DNA of 32,000 nucleotides. Origin: Geitlerinema sp. PCC 9228 (GTDB taxonomy: Bacteria; Cyanobacteriota; Cyanobacteriia; Cyanobacteriales; PCC-9228). Positions 1-8,432 of the stretch are shown one piece after another. The stretch's first letter is position 1, and each line of letters starts with the position of its first letter. Location of the stretch: NCBI RefSeq assembly GCF_001870905.1, contig NZ_LNDC01000104.1, positions 5,157-37,156 of the forward strand, given 5' to 3'. Position numbers and translations under genes: made by a program. The notes beneath the pieces were generated by a model. It had not been told where the DNA came from. It was given only the letters and a program-made list of their open reading frames with translations, and made no database searches.

Positions 1-4
1 TCTG

Positions 5-655
5 TTGCCGGGAAACGACGACCTGGCACAGGCGTTGCTGGGTGACGATGCGATCGCTGCGATGAGGGGAAACGATACCCTCTACGGTAATGGCGGCAAT
101 GATACGTTGTTTGGCAATGGTGGCGATGATGTTTTGTATGGCAACGAACACGGCGATTGGCTGTTTGGCGGTCGCGATCGCGATTGGTTGTATGGGGAAG
201 GTGGCAGCGATGTTTTAATTGGCAATTTCGGTGAGGATACCCTGGCGGGAGGAGAGGCTGGCGATTGGTTGTTTGGCAATCAAGGGAATGATTCCCTGGC
301 TGGCGATACTGGCGGCGATATTTTGTTTGGCGGTCGCGATGGGGATATCTTGCTTGGCGGTGATGGCGACGATTGGCTTAGCGGCGATTTGGGAGATGAT
401 ACGCTGGTTGGTGGCGAAGGAAGCGATCGCTTTCGGTTGTTTGCTGGTAGCGGCGAAGATATAGTTACCGATTTTGCCGATAAGGAAGATATGTTTTTGC
501 TGGATGGCGGCTTGACGTTCGCACAATTAAGGATTTCCCAACAAGGAAATACCACTGCCATTGAAATTGCCGATACGGGAGAAATCTTGGCTTCTTTGAT
601 TGCTGTGGAGGCCAATACAATCGATGGTAGCGATTTTGCAACTGCCAATCTATAA
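5..655 (+). CDS. C-terminal part of an RTX / hemolysin-type calcium-binding nonapeptide repeat protein (5' end outside window)
   Basis: Tandem GGxGxDxLxG-type nonapeptides (GGNGNDTLFGNGGDDVLYGN...). The ORF is open to the window edge and its listed start is a TTG inside the repeats. Non-repeat C-terminal domain ends at 655. Confidence 0.85.
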   Translation: MPGNDDLAQALLGDDAIAAMRGNDTLYGNGGNDTLFGNGGDDVLYGNEHGDWLFGGRDRDWLYGEGGSDVLIGNFGEDTLAGGEAGDWLFGNQGNDSLAGDTGGDILFGGRDGDILLGGDGDDWLSGDLGDDTLVGGEGSDRFRLFAGSGEDIVTDFADKEDMFLLDGGLTFAQLRISQQGNTTAIEIADTGEILASLIAVEANTIDGSDFATANL

Positions 656-852
656 AGCTTTTAGTGTTCTCCCCCTACATAGTTTAACTGTTTGCGTTCG
701 ATCTGATACCAAATCCGATGTGTACACACTACGAAAATTTTGTCAGGTCGCTTCGCGAAGCAACCTGACACCAGAAAATTTCCATGGATAAAATGGTGCG
801 TCTGTTTGAGGTGGATTTGCTATGAAATGGCTATACTGGCAAACCCAACCAA

Positions 853-887
853 AAAATATAGAGAGGGTACATACAATCCCCTCTCTA
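853..887 (-). terminator. Putative intrinsic terminator for ppa
   Basis: 9-bp perfect stem TAGAGAGGG (859-867) / CCCTCTCTA (879-887). On the minus strand it is followed by ATATTTTTTTGG. It lies just downstream of the minus-strand ORF ending at 941. Confidence 0.6.
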
Positions 888-940
888 AACTGCTACTTCC
901 TCTATCTTCAGCAATGGAATGGCAAATCTTGCCAAACCAA

Positions 941-1453
941 CTATTTAGCAGCTTGCCGAACGCATTTTTCCACTAAGGTCTTCACCTCTTCCATGCCTTT
1001 CCAACCTAGAATTTCCGTTTTCTTGTTTTCTAGGTTTTTGTAGGTGCGGAAAAACTCGGAAATTTCCTCCAAACGGTGGGAAGAAATCTGTTTGAGTTCG
1101 TTAATTTCTGCATAGCGGGGATCTTTGACGGGAACGCAGAGCAATTTCTCATCGCGATCGCCGTCGTCGATCATTTCCAACATGCCAATGGGTCTGGCGG
1201 CAATGACGCAACCAGGAAAGCTAGGCCAATCCATCAACACCAACCCATCCAAAGGATCGCCGTCATCGGCTAGGGTATTGGGAACAAAGCCGTAATCGGA
1301 AGGATACTGTACCGACGAGTACAGAACGCGGTCTAACGAGAAAGCCTGCAAATCTTTATCGTATTCGTATTTGTTTTTGCTGCCGCCAGGAATTTCAATT
1401 AAAACGTTGACAATGCCGGGTTTCGGCTGTGCCGGAATCTGCGATAAATCCAC
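941..1453 (-). CDS. ppa: Inorganic pyrophosphatase
   Basis: Motifs [42 protein letters not shown] and [22 protein letters not shown] track starts at 1525, but the family-typical N-terminus ([13 protein letters not shown]) begins at an in-frame GTG at 1453. Confidence 0.93.
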   Translation of the reverse strand: MDLSQIPAQPKPGIVNVLIEIPGGSKNKYEYDKDLQAFSLDRVLYSSVQYPSDYGFVPNTLADDGDPLDGLVLMDWPSFPGCVIAARPIGMLEMIDDGDRDEKLLCVPVKDPRYAEINELKQISSHRLEEISEFFRTYKNLENKKTEILGWKGMEEVKTLVEKCVRQAAK

Positions 1454-1739
1454 TATGGTTTTCTCCACAAATAACCACACTACACAAGATAGGGAAACGG
1501 AATACAGACAGCAGAAAGCCAGCAACGAGCTGGAAACTGCTTTGGTTGCACGGCTTTTCTACATCCGCTCCCAGTAGCATTTTAGGGGATAGTGGTTGCA
1601 ACATATCCCCTGGAAGCGATTTTTGCTCAAAATCTTTTAATTGGCGATGGGTTGGTTCCCCTGTCCATTTACTATAACATCGCCGTTGAACCTCGAAATC
1701 CTGTTGGTTCGCTGTCACAACCGTAACGGGATTGTTGTA

Positions 1740-1925
1740 TTATTTGGCAACCCGACCGATGGGATAGGTCGTAGGCACAACTTCCTCCAAGCTGCCTCCT
1801 GAATAACGAGCAATGATAAAAGGGGGCAAAGTTAAAGTAAGAACAGCAATGAGAATCCCCAAAATTTCCGCGAATTTCTGAGGAGGCTGTTCTGAAGGAC
1901 TACCAGATGTACTATCTGCATCCAT
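1740..1925 (-). CDS. Small hypothetical protein with one predicted TM segment
   Basis: 61-aa ORF with hydrophobic segment ILGILIAVLTLTLPPFIIA; position and composition look like a real small cyanobacterial gene. No family recognised. Confidence 0.5.
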   Translation of the reverse strand: MDADSTSGSPSEQPPQKFAEILGILIAVLTLTLPPFIIARYSGGSLEEVVPTTYPIGRVAK

Positions 1926-2218
1926 AAGAATTGGTTACGGTAATGACCCAGTAGGTTGAACGTCTAACTACTTATATCATAATCAATTTTCCCAAGCACT
2001 AGTACACTTTTCCGCCAGTACATCCCTATGTTTGTCTGCTAGGGATCGCTTTGGTGGCTGAAAACCAGCCTGCTAAGATGAAAGTGCAAGTTGATATACT
2101 TTAGTAACGAATTGCTAAAGGCGTCGCACGCCGCATGTCTAAAATTGCCAATTGTAGGGTGGTGGTGGAAAATATCAGGCAAACCAATAATCCATTGGGA
2201 TAATACACGAGGTCAATC

Positions 2219-3109
2219 ATGAGCGATCGCAAAAACAAGACACCTCTCATTGTCGGTGGCCTTTCTGCTGTTGCTGCCGCTGTTGTGGGTGGTACCTATG
2301 CCGTCATGCAATCTCCGCCGCCTGCTGAGAGTCCAAATACAACAGCGACTTCGACGCCTACTCCCCAGGTAGAACCAACCCCACAAGCGTCTCCCTCTCC
2401 CACTCCCCAGATGGAACCGACTCCCGCACCAACGCCGGAGGGAAAGACCACCCCCCAACCCACGCCAGAACCAGAACCAGAACCGCAACCGACGCCGGAA
2501 GCGTCTCCCACACCCACTCCTATCCCCGAGTCAATTCCCAATGCTAGCGAACCTTTGGCGATAGAACCGGAGGTGTGTCGGGTTACCCAAGGTATTATCT
2601 CTGATGCCAATCCTCCTACCAACGTTCGTTCGTCGCCGGAGGTGAAAGAAGGTAATGTGGTGGCTACCCTGGAAAATGGTAGCTATGTCACTATCCAAAA
2701 CCGGGAAGATGGATGGTTTCAGATTCGCCACAACGGTCAAGACCCCATTGAAGGTTGGGTTTCCCAAAATTTAACGGAAACTTCTTGTTCGCAAAAAGTA
2801 CAGCGGTTGAAATTTCCGCCGGGAACGGTGGCTATTCGCATCAGCGATCGCTTTGTTGGTACGGGGATTCACAAATATTTACTCAGTGCCCGCACCAACC
2901 AAGTGATGACCCTCATCAGTGAAGAAGGCCCCCTACCAAGAGTTTTCCCCCCCAACGACCCCAACCAACAACAGGAACTCACGGGAAATGCGGGAACACA
3001 AGGAAAAGAACGGGTGCAGTTCGAGCTACCAGCAACGGGAGACTACACCCTAGAGTATGATTCCAATTTCCGTGGTTACGAGTACGAAACGGTAATTCAA
3101 GTTAGGTGA
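2219..3109 (+). CDS. Secreted/membrane-anchored protein with Pro/Thr/Glu-rich linker and SH3-like domain
   Basis: N-terminal hydrophobic segment (VGGLSAVAAAVVGGTYAV), long TPxP/EPEPEP linker, then SH3-like segment (TNVRSSPEVKEGNVVATLENGSYVTIQNREDGWFQIRHNGQDPIEGWVSQNL). Confidence 0.75.
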   Translation: MSDRKNKTPLIVGGLSAVAAAVVGGTYAVMQSPPPAESPNTTATSTPTPQVEPTPQASPSPTPQMEPTPAPTPEGKTTPQPTPEPEPEPQPTPEASPTPTPIPESIPNASEPLAIEPEVCRVTQGIISDANPPTNVRSSPEVKEGNVVATLENGSYVTIQNREDGWFQIRHNGQDPIEGWVSQNLTETSCSQKVQRLKFPPGTVAIRISDRFVGTGIHKYLLSARTNQVMTLISEEGPLPRVFPPNDPNQQQELTGNAGTQGKERVQFELPATGDYTLEYDSNFRGYEYETVIQVR

Positions 3110-3125
3110 AAGATTTTTTTTTCGT

Positions 3126-3581
3126 TTAGACGCCGCCGATTCCCCGTGCCATTAAAGCACCCAGTAAGGGGATAATCGCAAATCCCACCAACTCTACTTT
3201 GATGATATTGGCGATCCAATGGGCTTTTGCTTTGCCAATGCGGGGTGGATTGCCGTTTTGTAGGTCTTTTAACCACGACAAAAAAGTAATTGTTGGATAT
3301 AGGGACAGAAATCCTACGAAGAAAAATAAGCCAACTTTGGTCCAAAAGACGGGGTTGCTGGCATAAAAATCCGAACCTTTGCCAAAATAAAAAACGCGTA
3401 AGATGCCGGTAATCAAAACGGTCGTGGCCGACAAGCCGTATATGCCATCCGCGATCGCGACTTTTAACGCTTCGGGGGCACTTAGTTCTGGTTTGAAAGT
3501 TTGGTTTTCCACAGCCAAAGCTGCATAAATCAGCATGAAGCTCAAATAATGCAAATAAGCAACAACAGCGTTTTCCCACAT
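3126..3581 (-). CDS. DUF2214-like integral membrane protein
   Basis: Four hydrophobic segments; segments such as HYLSFMLIYAALAVE...ADGIYGLSA and FYASNPVFWTKVGLFFFVGFLSLYPT match my recollection of the DUF2214 family. Confidence 0.7.
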   Translation of the reverse strand: MWENAVVAYLHYLSFMLIYAALAVENQTFKPELSAPEALKVAIADGIYGLSATTVLITGILRVFYFGKGSDFYASNPVFWTKVGLFFFVGFLSLYPTITFLSWLKDLQNGNPPRIGKAKAHWIANIIKVELVGFAIIPLLGALMARGIGGV

Positions 3582-3701
3582 GGTTATTTTTTACCTATTG
3601 GCGATACAATGTAACGAAAACTTTATGAAATATTGTATAGCATTTTGATTATATGGTTAAATTTTTATATTAGTTCCTTCCCAGATTGCCCCTCAGCGAG
3701 A

Positions 3702-3731
3702 CCCAAAAAAGCCCAGGGAAAGTTCCCCAGG
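3702..3731 (-). terminator. Possible intrinsic terminator for purB
   Basis: On the minus strand: CCTGGGGAACTTTCCCTGGG (imperfect stem) followed by CTTTTTTGGG, just downstream of the purB stop. Confidence 0.4.
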
Positions 3732-3739
3732 CGGTCGGT

Positions 3740-5035
3740 CTAGATGCCCAAACGCTGGTAAACGGTTTCTAAATGCTGTAAGTGGTGTTTGGGGTCAAAA
3801 CAGGCTTCGATTTCCTCAGCAGAGAGATAGCTGGTGACTTGGGGGTCTTGGGAAATCAGTTGGTAGAAATTGCCCTCTGGTTGGTTCCATGCCTGGTGCG
3901 CGCAAGCTTGAACCGTACGGTAGGCATCTTCGCGACTCATGCCCTTGTCTACCAACGCCAGCAACACCCGTTGGCTGAAAATTACCCCGCCATAAACATT
4001 GAGATTGCGTTCCATGTTTTGGGGATAAACCAACAGATGTTTGATGAGATCGGCCGTTTCCACCAACATAAAGTGGGTCGCAATGCAAGCATCGGGTAAA
4101 ATGACCCGTTCGGTGGAACTGTGGGAAATATCCCGTTCGTGCCACAGAGCTACGTTTTCCAAGCCGGTGGTGGCATAGCCGCGCAGCAACCTGGCTAATC
4201 CGGTCAAGCGTTCCGAACGGATGGGATTGCGTTTGTGGGGCATGGCGGAAGAGCCTTTTTGCCCTTTGGCGAAAAATTCTTCTACTTCCAAAACGTCGGT
4301 ACGCTGCAAGTTGCGGATTTCTACGGCAAATCGTTCCATGGAGGCACCTAGCAGGGCTAGTTGCTGTAAAAATTCTGCATGGCGATCGCGCGATACCACC
4401 TGGGTGGAAGCCATATCCGGTTCTAGTTCTAATTTTTGACAGGCGATCGCTTCGATGCGGGGATCGATATTGGCATAAGTTCCCACTGCCCCGGAAATTT
4501 TTCCCGTGGCAATGCAAGGGCGCAAATGTACCAAGCGATCGCGGTGGCGCAGCATCTCCGACATCCACCCAGCGAGTTTAAACCCAAACGTAATGGGTTC
4601 GGCATGGATGCCATGGGAACGACCCACCATCACCGTATAGCGGTGTTGCTGTGCCTGATAGCGAATGGCTTGGATCAGATCTTCCAAGCGTTCTAAAATA
4701 AGATTCAAGCTCGCCACCAACTGCAAAGCCAAAGCCGTATCGAGCATATCGGAACTGGTCATGCCCAAGTGAATGTACCGCCCGGCATCGCCTACATATT
4801 CGTTTACATTGGTGAGAAAGGCAATAACATCGTGGCGCACTTCCGCTTCGATCTCTTTGACGCGCTCGGGATCGAAGTGGGCTTTTTGTTTGATTTCTCG
4901 CACGGCTGCCTCGGGGATATATCCCAGTTCTGCTTGGGCTTCGCACACGGCAATCTCTACTTGCAGCCAAGTTTTGAGCTTGTACTCTTGGGTCCACAAT
5001 TCGCCCATTTCGGGCAAGGTATAACGTTCTATCAA
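3740..5035 (-). CDS. purB: Adenylosuccinate lyase
   Basis: Fumarase/aspartase superfamily signature GSSAMPHKRNP, plus IERYTLPEMGELWTQEYKLKTWLQVEIAVCEA, LGMTSSDMLDTA and GRSHGIHAEPITFG. Confidence 0.96.
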   Translation of the reverse strand: MIERYTLPEMGELWTQEYKLKTWLQVEIAVCEAQAELGYIPEAAVREIKQKAHFDPERVKEIEAEVRHDVIAFLTNVNEYVGDAGRYIHLGMTSSDMLDTALALQLVASLNLILERLEDLIQAIRYQAQQHRYTVMVGRSHGIHAEPITFGFKLAGWMSEMLRHRDRLVHLRPCIATGKISGAVGTYANIDPRIEAIACQKLELEPDMASTQVVSRDRHAEFLQQLALLGASMERFAVEIRNLQRTDVLEVEEFFAKGQKGSSAMPHKRNPIRSERLTGLARLLRGYATTGLENVALWHERDISHSSTERVILPDACIATHFMLVETADLIKHLLVYPQNMERNLNVYGGVIFSQRVLLALVDKGMSREDAYRTVQACAHQAWNQPEGNFYQLISQDPQVTSYLSAEEIEACFDPKHHLQHLETVYQRLGI

Positions 5036-5235
5036 CGCCTAACTTCCACAAATACTCCTAAGCTATTTTAGGGAAAAATCCATCGAGTTGAAAGCCACCT
5101 TTTTGGGGATTGGGCACAAAAACGAAAAGACGGCCTCAGCCGCCGTGGGTTCGTTTTGGCTTGTCCACTCCCGCAACTTCTGCTATCCTTGGCAGGATGG
5201 CCCCAGGGATTTGCCTCAAAAGGGTACACCGCTGT

Positions 5236-5301
5236 TGGCCAACTTCCTTGCTAGATGGCCAAGGTTGGTCTAACGTGGCCAGCGATCGCCTGCCATGGCC
5301 A
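5236..5301. repeat. Four TGGCCA palindromes at exact 20-bp spacing
   Basis: Perfect TGGCCA at 5236-5241, 5256-5261, 5276-5281 and 5296-5301, in the non-coding interval between sufR and purB. Confidence 0.8.
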
Positions 5302-5373
5302 GCCGTTACATTTATTATAAATATTTATTTTTGACCAAAATAAAAGTTAAGCAACCTTAAATTACCAGTTACC

Positions 5374-6069
5374 TCAATTTTCGTCAGATTGGCGGGGTTG
5401 GATGGAATAGCCGCAACGATGTTCGCCATCAATTTGCCAGTGGGTGCGTTCCACCGTACAGTCGGGCAAAACTTGGGCAAACATGTCTAGTTCGTGCTTG
5501 CAAACCGAGGGAAACGAAGCGGCGACACTGGAAATGGCACAATTGTATTCGGTGACCATGTAATGGTTGGATTCTTCCTCGTTGTCGCTGTCAAGGGGAT
5601 AGTATTCCGCCATGAAACCTTCTTGGCGGCGCAACTCCACCAAGCGACGCAACCGTTCCGGCAGGGACGCATTGCCCAACTGCTGGCGGTAGTGCTGGGC
5701 TTTGCGTTCCCACTGCTTGCGCAGCAACCAACCAACTTGGTCGGGGCCCACCGTATCCGCTAAAGTATCTAATAGGGAGACAGCAAAGCCATCGTAGTTG
5801 TGGGGAAAGCGATCGCGCCCTCTAGAGGTGAGTTCGTAGACATGCTGCGGACGCCCCATCCCCGACTGTACCAGTTGGTGTTGGATTAACGCTTCGTCTT
5901 CTAGGTCTTTTAAGTGCCGCCGAATCGCTTGGGGACTAATTTCCAAAGCATTGGCTAGTTCGCGAGCGTTGGCACGACCTTCTTTAAGTAGATATTGGAG
6001 GATATCGGTCTTTGTGGAACTTGGCTCCGCCTGCCTTTGATTGCCTTCGGGGGGGACTTTGGTACTCAT
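5374..6069 (-). CDS. sufR: Iron-sulfur cluster biosynthesis transcriptional regulator SufR
   Basis: N-terminal winged HTH (DILQYLLKEGRANARELANALEISPQAIRRHLKDLEDEALI). C-terminal Cys cluster CAISSVAASFPSVCKHELDMFAQVLPDCTVERTHWQIDGEHRC. Divergent from the suf genes. Confidence 0.95.
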   Translation of the reverse strand: MSTKVPPEGNQRQAEPSSTKTDILQYLLKEGRANARELANALEISPQAIRRHLKDLEDEALIQHQLVQSGMGRPQHVYELTSRGRDRFPHNYDGFAVSLLDTLADTVGPDQVGWLLRKQWERKAQHYRQQLGNASLPERLRRLVELRRQEGFMAEYYPLDSDNEEESNHYMVTEYNCAISSVAASFPSVCKHELDMFAQVLPDCTVERTHWQIDGEHRCGYSIQPRQSDEN

Positions 6070-6128
6070 GGTTGTTTCCTCCTGGGCCGTTTTCCACTGA
6101 TACTGTAAAAAATTTTCCTTGACTTTGA

Positions 6129-6142
6129 CAACATGCTTGTTG
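6129..6142. promoter_or_regulatory. Putative SufR operator 1 (CAAC-N6-GTTG)
   Basis: CAACATGCTTGTTG in the sufR/ftrC divergent intergenic region; matches the CAAC-N6-GTTG dyad reported for cyanobacterial SufR. Overlaps a TTGACA hexamer at 6125-6130. Confidence 0.8.
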
Positions 6143-6169
6143 CTAAACTACGCTACAAATAGAGTTAGA

Positions 6170-6183
6170 CAACAAACATGTTG
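6170..6183. promoter_or_regulatory. Putative SufR operator 2 (CAAC-N6-GTTG)
   Basis: CAACAAACATGTTG, 41 bp downstream of operator 1 (start to start). Confidence 0.8.
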
Positions 6184-6201
6184 TTTAAATTATAGGTCAT
6201 C

Positions 6202-6357
6202 GACTTGGACCCTGTTGGGGCTATCCCCACCAACCAATGGGTACGAACTCCGAATAGACAGCAATTGTGACCAATCGTTGCTTTCCCAGCATCTAGAAAA
6301 AAAAAGGAGGAAAAAACGATCGAAAAGTAGCACACCGCCAACATTGGGGTCCAAGTC
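6202..6357 (+). promoter_or_regulatory. Potentially structured 5' leader of ftrC-suf transcript
   Basis: 11-bp perfect inverted repeat GACTTGGACCC (6202-6212) / GGGTCCAAGTC (6347-6357), enclosing a local hairpin GTTGGGG-CTAT-CCCCACCAAC (6214-6234). Confidence 0.4.
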
Positions 6358-6401
6358 CCTAATAAACTGAAAATTGGCAACCTTTTATACAGAGATCGGT
6401 T

Positions 6402-6776
6402 ATGACACAGCCAAACGAAGGTCCCAAACAAGCCAGCGAAAAAAACCTGGAAGCCATGCGTAAGTTTTCCGAAACCTACGCCAAACGGAGCGGCACCTAC
6501 TTCTGTGCCGATCCCAGCATCACCGCTGTAGTGATCGAAGGCTTGGCCAAGCACAAGGAAGAACTTGGGGCCCCCTTGTGCCCTTGCCGCCACTACGAAG
6601 ACAAAGAAGCCGAAGTGGCAGCGGCCTATTGGAACTGTCCTTGCGTCCCCATGCGCGAACGTAAGGAATGTCACTGCATGTTATTCTTAACACCCGATAA
6701 TGATTTTGCCGGCGATCGCCAAGATATTACCACCGAGGAAATTCGCAGTACCACCAACCAATACGCCGCTCAATAA
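6402..6776 (+). CDS. ftrC: Ferredoxin-thioredoxin reductase, catalytic chain
   Basis: Cys motifs FCAD...CPCRHY...NCPCVPMRERKECHCMLF characteristic of the [4Fe-4S] catalytic subunit. Confidence 0.95.
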   Translation: MTQPNEGPKQASEKNLEAMRKFSETYAKRSGTYFCADPSITAVVIEGLAKHKEELGAPLCPCRHYEDKEAEVAAAYWNCPCVPMRERKECHCMLFLTPDNDFAGDRQDITTEEIRSTTNQYAAQ

Positions 6777-6839
6777 TTTTTCCTGGCTGCCTCGGGAAAT
6801 TCCGCAATTGTTTCGTCTACCTTAAGAGCAAAGAAACCT

Positions 6840-8276
6840 ATGACTGCAACGGTACAAAATCTCGTCAATCAACCCTACAAATACGGTTTCGTTACCGACA
6901 TCGAAGCGGAAACCGTTCCCAAAGGTCTTAACGAAGACATTGTCCGCGCCATTTCCGCCAAGAAAAACGAACCCGAATTCATGCTGGACTTCCGGCTGAA
7001 AGCCTATCGGAAATGGTTGCAAATGGAAGAACCCGATTGGTCGCGGATTCAGCACCGTCCCATCGACTTCCAAGATATCGTTTACTATTCCGCACCCAAG
7101 AAAAAAGAACAAAAACAAAGCCTGGACGAAGTGGATCCACAACTGCTGGAGACCTTTGAGAAACTAGGGATTCCGCTTTCCGAACAAAAGCGTCTGAGCA
7201 ACGTTGCCGTAGATGCCATTTTTGACAGCGTTTCCGTTGCCACCACATTTCGGGAAAAACTAGCCGAACACGGCGTCATCTTCTGCTCGATTTCCGAGGC
7301 GTTACAGGAATATCCCGAGTTGGTGGAAAAATACATTGGCAGCGTGGTTCCCACCGGAGATAACTTCTTCGCCGCTTTGAACTCCGCTGTTTTCAGCGAT
7401 GGTTCCTTCGTATACGTTCCCAAAGGGGTCACCTGTCCCATGGAACTGTCCACCTACTTCCGCATGAACAACGACGAGTCCGGACAGTTCGAGCGGACCC
7501 TGATTGTCGCCGAAGAAGGCAGCTCCGTCAGCTACCTAGAAGGTTGCACAGCCCCCATGTTCGACACCAACCAGTTGCACGCTGCCATTGTGGAACTGGT
7601 GGCTTTGGACAATGCGGAAATTAAATACTCCACCGTCCAAAACTGGTTTGCCGGCGACGAAAACGGCCAGGGCGGCATCTACAACTTTGTCACCAAACGG
7701 GGACTGTGCCAAGGCAAAAATTCCAAAATCTCTTGGACCCAAGTAGAAACGGGTTCTGCTGCCACCTGGAAATATCCCAGCTGTGTTTTGGTCGGCGATT
7801 GTTCCGTGGGCGAATTTTACTCGGTCGCCCTCACCAACAACTACCAGCAAGCCGACACCGGCACCAAAATGATCCATGTGGGTAAAAACACCCGCAGCAC
7901 GATTATTTCCAAAGGCATCTCTGCCGGTCATTCGGAAAACAGCTACCGCGGGTTGGTGAAAGTATTACCCAAAGCTGAAAACGCGCGCAACTACACCCAG
8001 TGCGATTCCATGCTCATTGGCAATACCACCCAAGCCAACACCTTCCCGTACATCGAGGTGCAAAACGACACCGCCAATGTAGAGCACGAAGCTTCTACCT
8101 CGAAAATCAGCGAGGAGCAACTGTTCTACCTGCAACAGCGGGGGATTTCCGCAGAAGATGCCGTTTCCATGGTTGTCAGCGGCTTCTGCAAAGATGTGTT
8201 CAACCAACTCCCCATGGAGTTTGCATCCGAAGCCGACAATCTCCTCGGTTTGAAGCTCGAAGGTACGGTAGGCTAG
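6840..8276 (+). CDS. sufB: Fe-S cluster assembly protein SufB
   Basis: [68 protein letters not shown]. Uninterrupted at 478 aa; no intein insert. Confidence 0.97.
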   Translation: MTATVQNLVNQPYKYGFVTDIEAETVPKGLNEDIVRAISAKKNEPEFMLDFRLKAYRKWLQMEEPDWSRIQHRPIDFQDIVYYSAPKKKEQKQSLDEVDPQLLETFEKLGIPLSEQKRLSNVAVDAIFDSVSVATTFREKLAEHGVIFCSISEALQEYPELVEKYIGSVVPTGDNFFAALNSAVFSDGSFVYVPKGVTCPMELSTYFRMNNDESGQFERTLIVAEEGSSVSYLEGCTAPMFDTNQLHAAIVELVALDNAEIKYSTVQNWFAGDENGQGGIYNFVTKRGLCQGKNSKISWTQVETGSAATWKYPSCVLVGDCSVGEFYSVALTNNYQQADTGTKMIHVGKNTRSTIISKGISAGHSENSYRGLVKVLPKAENARNYTQCDSMLIGNTTQANTFPYIEVQNDTANVEHEASTSKISEEQLFYLQQRGISAEDAVSMVVSGFCKDVFNQLPMEFASEADNLLGLKLEGTVG

Positions 8277-8300
8277 GAAAACGCTAGCGGTTTTTTTGGA
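8277..8300 (+). terminator. Possible weak/partial terminator immediately after sufB
   Basis: A-tract, CGCTAGCG palindrome, then G and a run of T (aaaaCGCTAGCGgttttttt), directly after the sufB stop. Confidence 0.4.
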
Positions 8301-8321
8301 AGGAACCCGCCTGCCTATCTA

Positions 8322-8349
8322 GAAGGGTCTTTGCCCTGGAAGACCCTTC
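8322..8349 (+). other. Intercistronic hairpin between sufB and sufC
   Basis: Perfect 10-bp stem GAAGGGTCTT (8322-8331) / AAGACCCTTC (8340-8349), 8-nt loop, no following T-tract. Confidence 0.65.
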
Positions 8350-8432
8350 CCCTTCCTCTATGAATTCGATACCAGTGCAGGACTAGAAAAAATACTGAAG
8401 AAAAAACTCGTTTCGTTCAGGAACCAAGCCTA

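Noticed and set aside
82-648. Overlapping antisense/alternate-frame ORFs in the RTX region (82-279, 215-526, 219-464, 280-648)
   Set aside because: They are by-products of the periodic GGxGxDxLxG coding sequence; the translations are low-complexity and have no start context or homology-like features.
3816-5071. ORFs overlapping purB (3816-4568 -, 3782-4099 +, 4436-4696 +, 4578-5051 -, 4769-5071 +)
   Set aside because: purB is unambiguous in frame. The others are shadow ORFs; 3816-4568 and 4578-5051 are merely frame-shifted readings of purB.
5110-5334. ORF 5110-5334 (+) and 5088-5273 (+) between sufR and purB
   Set aside because: No protein-like features. The 20-bp TGGCCA spacing is out of codon phase and better explained as a DNA-level signal.
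6840-8276. Possible intein in SufB
   Set aside because: SufB is a frequent intein host in cyanobacteria, but this ORF is a continuous 478 aa with all SufB motifs.
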